A stretch of DNA of 64,000 nucleotides, taken from the NCBI RefSeq assembly GCF_009914755.1, contig NC_060926.1; one strand, 5' to 3'. A program made the position numbers and the translations under genes. The notes beneath the pieces are model-generated. The model saw only the letters and a program-made list of their open reading frames with translations. It was not told the origin of the DNA and searched no databases. This stretch comes from the human T2T-CHM13v2.0 reference genome, Homo sapiens. Every line of letters begins with the position of its first letter. Within the stretch, counting starts at the first letter, position 1. This document shows, piece after piece, positions 25,285-41,029 of the stretch.

Positions 25285-26692
25285 ATGGTAACTATGTTTC
25301 CCCAAGGATTGCTACCAGCTGACAGTAAATGCTCAAGATCAGTGGAGAAAATGGACTGAGTGATACGTTCTGTGGACATATATTTATGGAAGGCAGCTCG
25401 AAGGAGGTAATGAGAGTTGGGGATCTTTTGTAATGTATAGAGTTTGATATCAGCAAGAAGGCACAGGCCTAGACTCTGCTTCTAGAATCTCAATCTTCTG
25501 GGAGTGTGGCTCCTTGGTGAATGCCATTGTAATGGAGACCAACCCAAGAGAGCTGACCTCAAGCCCTCTGAGGAAGACGGACCGATTCAAAGGACTGCAA
25601 ATGACCCACATATCTGAGCAGAGGGTCTTTTAGGGTCAGGGAGTATTTGATATAGGGGAATCAGACTAGCAGAGCCAAGACACCTGCATGGAAACTAGCA
25701 GAGGCAGTGGAGTGATTTTCATTGGAGAGCTAAGCCTTTCCAAGGAGCAGTAGACCCTAACCAGGATACCTGTCCCACCTGCTTGTGTCAAGCTTCTTAG
25801 GCCTTCCAGATCTGACTGCCTTACTTGACCTGCTCCCATGCTCACATCAGCCATGTGAATTGACCAGTCATAGCTTGGCTTCCATCCCATTTTTGCCTAA
25901 GACCAGTATCAACTCCCACAAACCAGACACCCTTGAAAACTCCAAGCTGGTGTCCTCGGCTGTCATAGTCCATCAACGACAGTCTAACAGAGAAGATTTC
26001 ATCCATATCTGCAAACTGAGCTGAGGGGTTGAAAATAAGGAGGTTATGAAAGAAAACAATAAAGCAAAGATTGAAAGGCTCTGCAGAAAAGGAAAAGAGA
26101 AAACAAAGGCTAGACACAGGTTGTGTTTTCCTTCAGAGAGCCTGCATAAGCATCTCAGACTTCAGCAGGATGTCCAGATGTCGCCGAATGAGAATACAGC
26201 CAAATGCAGTTCATGAACTTGCTCACGTTTTCAGCGCTGCCGCAGCTGTGACCTGGAATTTAGCCTTAAACTATGGCAGTGTGACTTTCAAGGGAAACGC
26301 GAACATTTAGTTACTGGCCAACAGCTTTTTGCCAGTGATTCATTCACAACATGGGGCAGTCCTACTGAAGTGAAATTTTATTATTTAATTGATATAATCC
26401 AAAACTCCATGAAGAGTTCATTCATTCATTACTCATTTGCAAAGTAGTTTGTTCTTCTTCTAAAATGGAATTTCATGACTATATTCCCAGAGACAGGATC
26501 AGGGTCTGGCACATAATAGGCATGCAATAAATATTTTATTGAATAAATGAGTGAATGAACTCAAGAGATTGTTGTAAATGCCTTTATGTGAGATACAGCC
26601 AATTCAAAATAAACCCATTCCCAGGCTTCAAGACATTAGGTATGGGAGGCAACCACATAAACTCTAGAATACAGAAGGTAAGTGTTTCTTCT

Positions 26693-27108
26693 AGATATGG
26701 TTTGGATTCGTGTTCCCTCCTAAATTTCATGTTGAATTTTAAGCCCCAGTGTTGGAGGTGGGGCCTGCTGAGAAGCGATTGGATCATGGGGGCAGACTTC
26801 TTATATGTGGTTTAGCACCATCTTCTTGGTACTGTTCTCATGATAGTGAGTTCTCATGAGATCTGGTTGTTTAAAAGTGTGTGGCACCTGCTCCCTCTCT
26901 TTCTCTTGCTCCTGCCCCTGCCATGTAAGATGCCTGTTTCCCCTTTGCCTTCTGCCATGATTGGAAGCTTCCTGAGGCCTCCACAAAAGCAGAAGCTACT
27001 ATGCTTCCTGTACAGTCTACAGAACTGCAAACCAATTAAACCTCTTTTCATTAGAAATTACCCAGTCTCAGGTATTTCTTTATAGCAATGCGAGAACGAA
27101 CTCATACG
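26693..27108 (+). mobile_element. MSTA MaLR solo LTR
   Basis: gatatggtttggat...tttaaaagtgtgtggcacc...gcagaagctactatgcttcctgtacag...atagcaatgcgagaacgaac. Confidence 0.9.
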
Positions 27109-27244
27109 ATCCCTGTCACAAAATCTCTCTCTGTCCTCCTTTTTGCTTTCAGTTAGTATATTTGCTGTTGTCTCTAAAATCTATACCAAAGTGCAGACCA
27201 TTTCTGAAATTTTGACCAATGTATCAGGCTTCCTGTAGGGTTCC

Positions 27245-27480
27245 TTTTTTTTTTTTTTTTTTTTTTTAGATGGAGTTTTGCTTTGTTGCCCAGGCTGGAG
27301 TGCAGTGGCATAATCTTGGCTCACTACAACCTCTGCCTCCCAGGTTCAAGCAATTCTCCTGCCTCAGCCTCCCCTAGTAGGTGGGATTACAGGCATATGC
27401 CACCATGCCTGGCTAATTTTTGTATTTTAGTAGAGTTGGAGTTTCGCCATGTTGGCCAGGCTGGTCTCAAACTGGCCTCA
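27245..27480 (-). mobile_element. AluS, 5'-truncated
   Basis: Poly(T), right arm and part of the left arm. Confidence 0.93.
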
Positions 27481-27989
27481 AAATCATCCCTAGGATGCTT
27501 TTGAAGTGCGCACACTCTGCTCCGAGTCTTCACTACTTTAAGAAGGTCTTTGCCTCCCTCAGCACTGCTGCCCTAAGAGAATTTGCTGGCCGCTGTGGGA
27601 CCAACAACCTGGGCAGAGAACACACACTGTAACGATCCCGCTCTGTGAGTTAGATTTTAAGCTTGAGATCCTGCATCTCTTCCTGGATAGGGCAAGAAGA
27701 CATTAACATTTCTTGTTGAAGTCACACCCCGGCCACATCCTCTCTGCCCCCACCATGGACTTATCTTCTCCTACCTGTACTGTGTGTGCACATCTGCCCT
27801 GTCCACACCTGTCTTATTCCATCTGTTTTTGCTAACAGCTATTATTCTTCATCTGTATATAGTTTACATTTATATAAATGTAAATTATATATAAATCAAT
27901 ATATATTTTAAAAATTTATTAATTGATGATTATCCAAATGAAAGTATTCCAAATTTTATCTGATTTTCCACTAAAGAGAAAATAAAAGT

Positions 27990-28640
27990 GATTCATAATG
28001 TTTATTGAGTGCCTCTCAAGGTCATGGACTTGTGTAGCTGCTGTGACTGAGTAGAGGAAAGCAAAGAAGGTCCTTGGCCTAGGAAACCTCGAGATAAGCA
28101 TGTGGAGGGGCAAATCAGTGGCAAGTAAGCAAATAAATAAGCTAAGTTGTGGCAGCAAGGGACACGTGTTATGATGGAAATGAAGGATGCCATGGAGGGG
28201 AGAGGTGACAAGGACATCAGTGAGTTGGCCAGGGAAGTTCCTCCAAGGAGAAGACGTTGGAGTTGAGACCCACATGATTCGAAGAATGGAAATGTAAGGA
28301 AAGAGACTCCCCCAAAGGGCCTGAGGCAAAGGTGAACTTGAAGTGTTGAAAATCCTTGCAAAGTCTGGAGGCTGGGGCTGGAAAGAAGAGCAGGAGGAAG
28401 TGTGATGGGAAAGTCGGCAGGCTAAGAGAGACTTTGGACCACAGCACAGAGAGAGAACGCTGTGCTGATTCTTGCGGGAAGCCACTGGGGACCTTGAACA
28501 CAGAGTCAGGGGCAAGATCTGATTTATATTTCCAAGAAACATCCTGGCTGCTGATTGATGCATAAATGTTAAGAGTACAAGAGCGGAAGAGGGGACCGCA
28601 CTGTGAGGCTGCTGTAGTCCTGGGAAGAGATGACGGATGA
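27990..28640 (-). mobile_element. L2 3' fragment
   Basis: tttattgagtgcct...ggccagggaagttcctcc...gggaagccactggggaccttgaacacagag. Confidence 0.7.
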
Positions 28641-28662
28641 GTCAGTATGGAATTACACGCAT

Positions 28663-28663
<1 letters not shown>

Positions 28664-28705
<42 letters not shown>
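28664..28705. repeat. (CA)n microsatellite
   Basis: About 21 units. Confidence 0.98.
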
Positions 28706-28708
<3 letters not shown>

Positions 28709-29799
28709 GTATATATATTTTATTTTACTGGACTGGCATAAACCTAGATGTCATGGGACTTTATGAAAGGATTGAATTATTTCCAGTTGAATATAGGTGG
28801 TTAGTATTTCCACCATGAAACAAGTACAGAGGCTTTAGCCCTATTCTCCTGATTAGGAAATGCCCATATCTTATTTCATGGGTCCTGCATGACTTCGGTG
28901 ACCTTTGCTGAATTAAGTTCCTTTAAGGTATCATAAAAAATGTCACCTTGCAAATTTAAAAAGCAATTTTTTGAGGGAAGGTAAGTGGACAAATACTCCC
29001 CAGAAATGTGCTTAATGACAAGATTTATTCAAGAGTATCCTTCCCCAGAGATAGATTTTAGGTAAAACTCCAAGCTTATTGAATAATTATCAAACACAAT
29101 CCATAGCTTCTAAATTGTTGTGGCTTTGATGTGATAATTACAAACTTAATGGTAAAAGTCAGGAGAGTTGGGTAGTACCCAGAAATAGGATACATGAAGG
29201 AAGATGAGGCTTTTGCTGACATTGGTTGCTGAAGACTTTACCGGCATTTCATTGTAAAGAGGTGGAGCATGGAGCTATGTGACACCAGCAATTCACAGGC
29301 ACAGCCTGAATTGATGTTCTGGGCCTTGTCTCAAAAGAAAGACTGCATATGAATGTGTAAAGCGAGGCTTGGCTGAGACAGAGAGATAGAGACAGATTTT
29401 CTAAGCACCTGAAGCAGAATCAGATTAATGTACCAAGATAAAATTTTTTTAGAAAAGGGTAGAAAGGCAGGATGAATTATTACAATTTGTCTCACTTTGA
29501 CCAAAGAAATGTGGGAATGGATGCATTCTCTCTTTGGTGGTATTTTTTTTTTTTTGATGAATAAATTGAAAGAATAAAATCTGGTTTACTTCTGGTTTGG
29601 ATAAGGTAAATGAACTCTCTTAGCCTTGGTTATTTATGCCATTGTTGAATCTGTAAATTGTACCTATTTTGCAAGGTTTTTGGAACAATTAAACTGTATA
29701 AGATAAATGAAAATACCTTACATATCATAAAGTACTGTGCAAATATAAGCTGCTGTTATGAGCTTCTCCCTGTGTTTAGTCTTAAAATTACACACTGGA

Positions 29800-30190
29800 T
29801 GTCTTAGTCTGCTTAGGCTGCTATAGCTAAATACCTCAGACTGGATGGTTTCAACAACAGATGTTTAATTCTCACAGTTCTGGAGGATGGAAGTCCAAGA
29901 CCAAGGTTCTGTGACAGTTGGTTTCCACTGAGGGCTCGCTTCCTGGCTTGTAGATGGCTGCCTTCTCACTGTATCCTCATGCGGATGTCGGTGGGAGGGG
30001 AGGACAAAGGGAGAAAGAGAGAGAGAGAGAGAGAGAACCCTGGAACTCTGGCATTTCAGTTCTTACAATGACACCAGCACTGTCTGATTAGGGCCCTTCT
30101 CTTATGACCCCATTTATTCTTGGTTGCCTCCTTAAAGGTCCTACCTCCAAATACAGTCACATTAGGGGTTAAGGCTTCAACATATGGAAT
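29800..30190 (-). mobile_element. MLT1A-type MaLR LTR
   Basis: tgtcttagtctgcttaggctgctata...ccaaatacagtcacattaggggttaaggcttcaacatatg. Confidence 0.88.
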
Positions 30191-30570
30191 ACTACTCAGC
30201 CATCAAAAGGAATGAATTAATGGTATTCACAGCAACCTGGATGAGATTGGAGCTATTACTCTAAGTGAATGAAGTTAATTCATGAATGGAAAACCAAATA
30301 TCGTATGTTCTCACTCATAAGTAGGAGCTAAGCTATGAGAATGCAAAGGCATAAGAATGGCACAATGGACTTGGGGGACTCGGGGGTAAAGGGTAGGAAG
30401 GCGGTGAGAGATAAAAGACTACAAATTGGGTGCAGTGTATACTGCTCGGGAGATGGGTGCACCAAATTCTCACAAATCACCACTAAAAACTTACTCATGT
30501 ATCCAAACACCACCTGTTCCTCAATAACCGATGGAAATAAAAAAAAGAAAAATTAAAAAAATAAGAAAAA
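30183..30570 (+). mobile_element. L1PB1-like 3' end with A-rich tail
   Basis: tggaatactactcagccat...ctatgagaatgcaaaggcataagaatg...gggtgcaccaaattctcacaaatcaccactaaa. Confidence 0.9.
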
Positions 30571-31234
30571 TTTGACCCATATCAAGTCCCAAGGCTAACT
30601 GGAGAGCCCCACTCTTTCTCTTCTCCAACTTCATTTCCATTCTTTCCAGCCCATCTCCACCATAATGCAAAGTAGTCCCTAAGCAGCTTCCATTTGCCTT
30701 TCCTGTTATGGACCAGAGAATCCGTGGATATGGAGGCTGGCAGCAGGTATGAGCACACGGGGCATGTGGAGGTCACAGAATCAATGCTCCTTTACGCTTA
30801 AAAACAAGTCATACCCACAAAAACCCAGTGAGTTCTTTGCTTTGTGTCTTTATAGATGTGTCCTCAGGCAGCCCCACTGTTGCCTCTTTTAATTAAAACT
30901 AAGTACTTAATTACTGGAGTCGTCTCTATTAGTATATTTTATCATTGTCTTTATAGGGCTATGTGTTTTAAATCCTAACAAAAAGAGCCATGTTATCTGT
31001 TCTGATTACATCCATTTCTAAATTAGAACTTTTATATATATATAAAATTAATATGTTACAAGTAGGAATGATCTACAGACAGAATTGTGGAATAGACTAA
31101 CGGATTGCATGCAATTAATCATTAACTCAACAAAATAAGCTCCTACATATCAGTAACAGTGATGGGCACTGTTACTGTGGTGGACCAAATAGACATGAGT
31201 CCTGCCCTCATGTGACTACACTGCACTATGATAA

Positions 31235-31699
<465 letters not shown>

Positions 31700-32079
31700 T
31701 AAATGAATCATTTTATCCTAGATGCACACGTGCACAAACAAACTATAATATTTTAAAATTCTATTAATGAATTAGGAGTTATGCTACGTAACAGCAATTT
31801 GCTTGGGCAATGAGCTGTGGTAAATTTCAGATTCAGTTCAGCTTCAACACTGTATATTCCTAGTAACTTGGGTCCTTATTAATTATATTTAGTTGCCACT
31901 CTCTTTCCTAAATGGTAATTATATGCACACCCATTCATTTCGTTTTTCTAAAATGAAATGGCAATTAGAGGGAGAGAAGTCTAGTTGAACAAGCCACTGG
32001 AGACATGAAACTTCTAATGCATGGCTGAGCACCAATAGAAGGTGAGCTCCCATCTTGATTGGAAAACTACCTCTTCTGG

Positions 32080-32470
32080 AGCCTGGCAACAAGACTCCTG
32101 AACTTCAGTGTCTCAACCCTGATAGTCCACATAGTAACCTTCCACTTGTCCTTCCCTTACTGAACTTCCTTCTGTCTCATGAGCACACCAAGCTTGTCCT
32201 TTCCTCAGGGACTTTGTACCGGCTCATTCTGCTGATGTCAGCTCCAGTGCCACTCCAACAGCTTTATCCTGATCTTCCTCCGCGTTCTAATCTCATCACA
32301 CTATTCCGGTGTCTTTGTGGCATGTATGACTCACTAATATGGCATTATGTGTTTACTTATCTGCATACTTAATGATCTGCTTTCTCTAATTAAAATATAA
32401 GCTCCACAAAAACTAAAACAGTGTTTGGTACACGGTAGATACTTCAAATATGTATTGAATGACTGAAAGA
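32080..32470 (+). mobile_element. L2 3' fragment
   Basis: cacaccaagcttgtcctttcctcagggactttgtac...ggtacacggtagatacttcaaatatgtattgaatgactg. Confidence 0.6.
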
Positions 32471-32589
32471 TAAAAATCAATGAAATGCTACAGCTGCATC
32501 CTTTTCTTGAATTCTGTCAGATGGTCCCTGTTGTGGCAGAAGTATATATTTCCATGACTGTAATTATTTGATTTTGTTTTAAAGAAGTC

Positions 32590-34130
<1,541 letters not shown>

Positions 34131-35429
34131 CTCAGGAAGATAAAGCTGGCAAAGATTGTGCCCAGAATTCCACCTGCCCACCCAGCTCCCTGGGTGCAGC
34201 TCCTGGTCACAGCTTGAGGTCTCAGTGCCTGGGTCCCAGGCCCCAGGTCACACAGTTCCAGGGTCCCAGCGCCTTGGTCCCAGCCATAACCAGGAAGGAG
34301 GTGACTGATTGAGCCCAGGAGGGGTGTTGGACCTCCCAACTGCACCCTGTTCAGAATCTGCTCACCCTCTAGCCTCCAGATGAGCCGTGTGCCCAAGGTC
34401 CAAGGACATAAGCAGCAAGGGTTTGCTGTGGACATGACAGTTGCTAACTCCTAGGAGGTCCCAGGAGGTCCAAAGCACTAACAAAGCCTCTGCCTACCCA
34501 TTGCACCTGAGCTGAGCCTGAAAGACTAAAGTCCGGGATGTCCAGAAGTCCCAGGCCTGCAGAACTGTCTACACTTGATGCATATTTGAAAAAGCTCCTG
34601 TAGAGGCAATCCCCCAAATCCCTTGCAAAGCGGGAGCCTCCACATGGGGGCTTTCCCCGTCTAGGAGTGTGGAGGCCACAGTCCTCCTGGACCACTGTGC
34701 CCACCTGGTGCTGAGCAGCAGCAGGAGCAGCCACCAGGGACCTGACTGCCCTCCAGGACTGCTGTCCAGCCAGGCAGAAGGGGTGGTGGTCCTTATTTGA
34801 TTGCCCCTTAATCATGTTTTATATGTACAGACATGGAGTTGCTTGAATGCTGGAATTAGGTCCTATCCTGGTGTCATGAGGCTAGTCCAGTCCAGGTGCA
34901 TAGTGGATTGGAGATCAAAGGATGACATTTCAGCCTCATGGAAAGTTCCCTCTTTATTCAGTTCTTCCGCAGAAGGAAGAGCAATTGATTGGAAGGAAGG
35001 GATCACCCGGGCCTCCAGAACTAAACCCAATGTTGTTTTCAGACTTTGGTACCTGAAGAATCATGAAGCCAGTACAACAATGACTCCTCTGCATCTCATA
35101 GCCAGGGCATGAAGGGGTCTTCCCTGGGCAACAGCTCCCTATTTTCACCTGTCAATGCAGTGTCTACCTGCTATCGCCTAAAAACATCCGTCCCCATTAT
35201 AAAATCCTTCGGCACCAACCCACATTTAGTTTTCCTTCCTGACTGAAGCATGCCAGGGTTGCCCAATCTGCCGCTGCTCCTTTCCCATCTCAATCCTAAT
35301 TAATTGATTAATCCTAATTAATCCTGAATTAATGTTATTCCAAAATTAAACCCCGACTTTTGCTAATTTGGGCATTTGTCCATTTGCTCATGGTGAAATC
35401 TGGACAATTGCTACATATTTTTGAAGACT

Positions 35430-35935
35430 GGTGAAGCGGTGTTACAACACTTGGCTTTAGAATGGGATGGGTAAGGAATATATTTGGGAACACTTTTGGC
35501 CTGAGTTTTATCATTTGGAAAATGGGATTAAGGCTAGCTATCTCCTAGAATTGTTGAATTCTTAAAATCTATATGTACAAACATACTTGCAAGGTGTAAG
35601 GCTGGAGTGTCCACCAGCACAGTGCAGTGTCTGGCTTATAGTACAAATCCAGCACATGCTGGTATATTTCCTCTTTTGACCCTCCACGCAGACGGAGGAG
35701 TGAGGACGGCCACCCCCACCTCCGTGCCCCTCCATCATACTCCACAGACACTGGAAAGCCCTCCCTCAACCACTGCCATATTGCCTTCATCTTTTCCTTT
35801 TTAAAAAATCTCACACTACACTCTTGCTGTTCTTTGAGGACAATGTCCTAGGGCTGTATATCTCCAAGGGTTGAAGCAATGCTGGCATGTACCTTGTGTG
35901 TAGTAAGTGTTTGTTGAATGAAATAAGAAGCAAAC
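35430..35935 (+). mobile_element. MIR fragment followed by an L2 3' fragment
   Basis: cctgagttttatcatttggaaaatgggat; tagtaagtgtttgttgaatgaaat. Confidence 0.5.
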
Positions 35936-37239
35936 ACATCTTCCCAATGGGTGAAGAAATCTTTTCATCATGGGAAAGATTCGAGTCCTTGTGTGTTTGG
36001 CAAAATGTTATCAATACATTTTCACATAAAGAGCTTTTTATCCCTTGAAATTATAGAGTGGGTTAAAAGTTTCATAATGGTTGGTTATTTTTTTTTCCCA
36101 AGATTTCCAAGTTTGTATGAGATGTTATTTTGGACAGTATTTTAAATTAAGTTCTTGATTTGGTATAAAAATATCATGAACCTCAGATGTAGCAAAGAAC
36201 GCAGCTATTGTCAAAGGGTAAGCACTGTAAAATGAAACAAGTAGTATCATCTCCAAAACTCTTGTGCTAATTCTTCCAGAGCTTGTTCTGTGGGGAGAAA
36301 CACACTGCTATGGAAACCACTAAAGAGAAGCAAAAAATTCTTTGTAACTAGGAGCTGGGGCCTTTAGCTTTGCAAATTAGTGCCAAAATACCACTTATCC
36401 ATCTGCATCCCTGACAGTACAAAGATAGTAAAACATAGCACCTTATCCTGTACTTGCTCATGCAGATGGAGAAGTGTCTGAATGTGATAAAGACCATGTC
36501 TAGGTTTCTCCTGGACACCAGGATCTGGAAGGAGAACCCCACTGTGAGAAGCAGAGGTAGGGAGCACTGCATTCAGGCACATGAGATGACATTCCCAAAG
36601 GGCTTTTGCAAACCAGAAAGCATGGTGGATGTGATTTTTATTACCCTCCTGTGTGCTCCTGAGTGCTCTGCGTCTAGCTGTGCACGATCAAGCAGAATGC
36701 TGAAAGCAGCCCTTGTGTGTCTTGCATTTTCTGTGAGGAAGCTGCACCTACATTAACTCCTCTAATCTCTAATAGCACAACCTGTGGAATAAAACAGAGC
36801 GACGTGAGCATAGATTTTTACACATAGCAAGATGTGTCAGTTGCCAGTGTTTGCCTCCCCACTTGGACCACCTACTGGTGTCTTTAGGTTTCTTTGTGTT
36901 TTCCCTAATGCATAGGATGAATAACCAAATGGGAAACATAAAGATAGACATTTCATGGCTTGTCAGCCAAATAAATTAATATTCTTGCAAACATAGATGT
37001 CAAGCATGACCAAAAATAATCATGCTAACTGGGGCCACATGGATTTCCCTCAAGTAAAAAGTACCAATTAAGTTCTATGGAGATTATTTTTATTCCACAG
37101 TTTATCAAACCATTTTTTTTTAACTTCCTCAGCCATTTCTCCCTTTCTAAATGTCCTTAAATCTAATAGGTCCAGAAACAGGAGAGGGGGACAGAGGCAT
37201 CCTTTCACTGATGAGTGGAAGGACAGGAGAGGTAATCCC

Positions 37240-37618
37240 TGCTAGGGTTGGAATGGGTCCCCTCCAAACTTCAGGTGTTGAATCTTAATGGTCAATGTGG
37301 TGGTAGTAAGAGATGAGACCTTTAAGAGGTGATTAAGCTATGAGGGCCCCTCTCTTGAGAATGGAATTGAGGCCTTTATAGAAGAGACTTCAAGCAGTAT
37401 TCAGCTCACTTGGCCTTGTCATGTGAGGACACATCCTTTGTATCTTCTGGAAGATGAAGTAACAAGGTGCCACCTTAGAAACAGACCAGACACCAAATCT
37501 GCTGGCACCTTGGTCTTCGACTTCCCAGCCTCCAGAACTGTGAGGAATACATTTCTGTTATTTACAAATTATTCAGTCTCTGGTATTTTGTTATAGCAGC
37601 ACAAAACAGACTAAGACA
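37240..37618 (+). mobile_element. MSTD-like MaLR solo LTR
   Basis: tgctagggttggaatgggtcccctccaaa...atagcagcacaaaacagactaagaca. Confidence 0.85.
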
Positions 37619-38459
37619 GTCTCCATACCATCCTCAGCCTAAAGAACCAGCTTCTTGCTCAGGTGGAATAGATCTTCTGGAGGGAAGCTATATTTCTACT
37701 AGAAAATCAGTTGTATTTTCACCAATCACGAAGGCTCTTCCAGACATCAGGGCAGTTGTAGAAGTGCCTGGAGAATGGAAATAGGCCCTTTTCCGGAACG
37801 CCCCCACACAGGCCAGTGGGACATTTATTTCCCTCTCTGTGAGAGACCTGTTTGGTTGGGAATGAGAGGAATGCTGTCTGACTTTTATACCCACTTCCGG
37901 GGAGCAGCCAGCTCCCACATGAGAAAGAAGACTTTGTACAGGGGCCAGGACCCTCACTGGATGCCAGAACCCCAGGACTTTCACTACACAAACATGTACA
38001 TTCTGAATCATTCCTAGCAACTCTTCACGCAAAACAAACAAGCCGAGGAAAGTACCTCTCAGATGCACAAGCCAAGAATTCTAGAAACTCACTTTCCTAA
38101 CCCCAAGTCATCTGCAGAGCACGCCCACAGAGAGCACCTGGGTGTGCGGCACTGCTTTTCTCTGGTGTTCACAGCTTTTAAAGACAGCTTTTGGGAAAGT
38201 ATGTTCTCATTCATAGCCGATACAAAAGGTCCTTACACTTTTCTTATAGTTTAGTCATTTTGTAATTGTAACTGATTTTTCTTTGATGTTATTTCTTTTT
38301 GAGTCATATGAAGAAAAAAATAAACTTTGGTTTAAGCTTGTTAGCTTTACTTTTGTACAATAGCACTTGTCTTACTGAACCACATAATGAAATTAGAAGC
38401 TGCCAGATGTCAATCAGCGTGGCCCCAGGTACCATGTCCTTTTGTGTATCTGTGTGTAT

Positions 38460-38680
38460 GGAATATATTTATCACGTGCTTATTGTGTGCTGGGAACTGT
38501 GTAAACTTTTTAATGCATTATGTCAAATTGTAATAATTACTCTGAATGGTGTTTTGTTAACCACGTTTTAGAGATGAAGAAAGTGAGGTTTACCTACAAG
38601 CAAACTTGTCCACTGTCATAAACTCATGATTGGTCCAAAAGATTTAGCAATCAAATCCTTTGCTCTATCCAGGAGAAGTT
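38460..38680 (-). mobile_element. MIR SINE
   Basis: cacgttttagagatgaagaaagtgagg core. Confidence 0.55.
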
Positions 38681-38778
38681 GCAGTTATATTTTAAGCACT
38701 TACAGAGTCCAGCGTTGGCAGATAGATACTTTTCATCATAATACATAAGTATCCATCTATTAATACTTTAAAGTTTTT

Positions 38779-39220
38779 AAATTAGTTTTCTGAGACTGAT
38801 GTAAAAACTTACCACCAACTGGTGGTTTAAAATAACAGAAATGTGTTCTTTCATATTCTAGAGGCCGGCAGTCCAAAATCAAGGTGTCCTTTTAGTGCCT
38901 CCAAAGCAACAGATACTTTCTTCCTTTGCCTCTTCCAGCTTCTGGCAGCTCCAGCTGGCCTTTGGCTTATGGCCGCATCACTCCAATCTCTGCCTCTCTG
39001 GTTAGTTGCTTCCTAGTATTGTGCCTGCCTTTCGTCTGTGTGTCTCTTATAATATGCTTGTCATTGGATTTAGGGCCCACTCAAATAATACAGATGATCT
39101 CATCTCGAGGTCTTTAAGTTGTTTACATCTGCAAAGATTCTGTTTCCAAGTAAGGTTGCAGGTTCCAGGGAATAGGATGTGGGCATATGTTTTGAAAGGC
39201 TACCATTCTACTATGTAACA
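38779..39220 (-). mobile_element. MLT1C-like MaLR solo LTR
   Basis: ttgcctcttccagcttctggc...catcactccaatctctgcctc...cattggatttagggcccac. Confidence 0.85.
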
Positions 39221-41029
39221 CTACATTTTTAAACGGAAATGAACATTTAGCAAGTATTTTTAACACCTACCATATTTTTAAATATATGTTATCTTTCTTG
39301 AAATGTATATTGTGAAGTAGCTATACATTAATTAATAGAGAAGGATTATTTAATTCCTGAGTTATAAGCCCTTTCTGGTTTTAATATTTTATATATTCTA
39401 CTGTTCAATTTTGTTACGGATATTTATACCTTATTGTTTAATTTCATTATAGATATTAGCATATCAAATTAAGATGATCTATAATTTTTCTATAATTTAT
39501 TTTTCAGATTTTAGTATAAGGGTTATGCTATCTTCATAATTAAATAAAATAAAATTTCTTTTTCTTTCCCTACTCGCCATCATATTCTATGGAATATACT
39601 ATGAAACACCAGATTTACCTAAAACACAAATGCATGAAAAAACATAATTTTAGAACTGTCTCGTTTCAGGACACTCATTAAAGTGAATTCTTTGAATTTT
39701 TTAAGGCCTTCCATGTTTATTGGTATGTTCAAATTATTTACCTGCTTGAATCCATTTTTAATCTATACTTTTCTAGAAAAACAATCAATTTCTGGCTTTT
39801 CAGAATATTGGTAGGAGTTAAAGTTATTTTTTCAACTAGTTTCAACAACTGTCCTCTGTACATGTTGTTAGAGACTCTTCTTCTATCTGACTTCTTTTCT
39901 TCTTTTTTTGTTCAGTGTTCCTGTCTAACTATATGGATGTTATATTAGAGTTTCCATTGGATTATTGCTCTTTTATTCTTCTTGACATTTCCTAAGTGTC
40001 TTCTTGTTAAAATACTATATTTTAATGCAATTATCATATTTAGAATTAGTAAATAAACAGAAACCATTTCCCTATCATTTTATCTCTTTTCCAGTAAATT
40101 TTACTATAAAAATGTGATACCCTTTAAATTAAAATTTTTAACAAACAAAATCTCTATTTTCTTCCTTTGAACTTGGAGCCCTGGCCCAGTCCATCCTACA
40201 GACATGGTGCCATTTATCTTGGCCTTTTACTTTGTCACCCCCTTAATTCTACCAGAGGTATTGCTAACATCTCCAGTTAATAATTTCCACTAACAACGCA
40301 AAACTCAATTAGCATAATAAGCATTTCCCATCTGCACTGAGCACTCTTCCCGTCATCAGTCTGGAAACTAACTACTGTACAGAAAAATCATGGGGAATAA
40401 TTAGAATTAGCACACACGAGCCACTCAACACAAAGCTCTTGCCATCCATTGGGCATAATCAGTAGGTTACGCAAACGTGGTTATTGTCATTTCCACTCAA
40501 ACTAGAACATACGTGTGGAAGAAGATGACTTTGGAGTTTGATAAGAGGTTCTGTGGAGACTTGCCCAGGAGATGTCAAGCAAGGCAATGGCCTCCTGAGG
40601 GAGGAGCACACACCGCAGTCAGCCTCGGGGCCACCAGCCCAGCTGGGGCCTCTGCTCAAGTAGTTTTCTCTCTTACAGCTTTGGGACCCTCCTCTGGAAG
40701 AAAAACGAGTGACTGAAAATGAGTGAAGGCTTTCCCCAGTGCTGTTCCCAACAGCATCCAATGTGTAGACCCCTACATGCAAAGAGACCCCAATGCCTTC
40801 TCAGTTCCACATGCTGTCGATGCCTCAGATCGTCCTGGTTGCTGTCTATACTCACCTTGTTGACTACCCAAAGATATGGACCTGCTGAATTCTTGACCTC
40901 CATAAAGTCAATGGTCTTCACCCCATCCGCATTTTGGCCATCTTTTCCCTGGCCACCTCTCAGACCTTTGCACCATCCCAAAGCACACTGCCTTCTAAAT
41001 GTGAGATGTGCCTTGTTTACTTTTTACTT

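Noticed and set aside
27919-28702. 214-aa and 161-aa ORFs
   Set aside because: They overlap a decayed L2 and a (CA)n repeat, with no recognisable domain
34140-34800. GC-rich block as a CpG-island promoter (also 61600-62070)
   Set aside because: GC-rich but CpG-depleted; it does not look like an island
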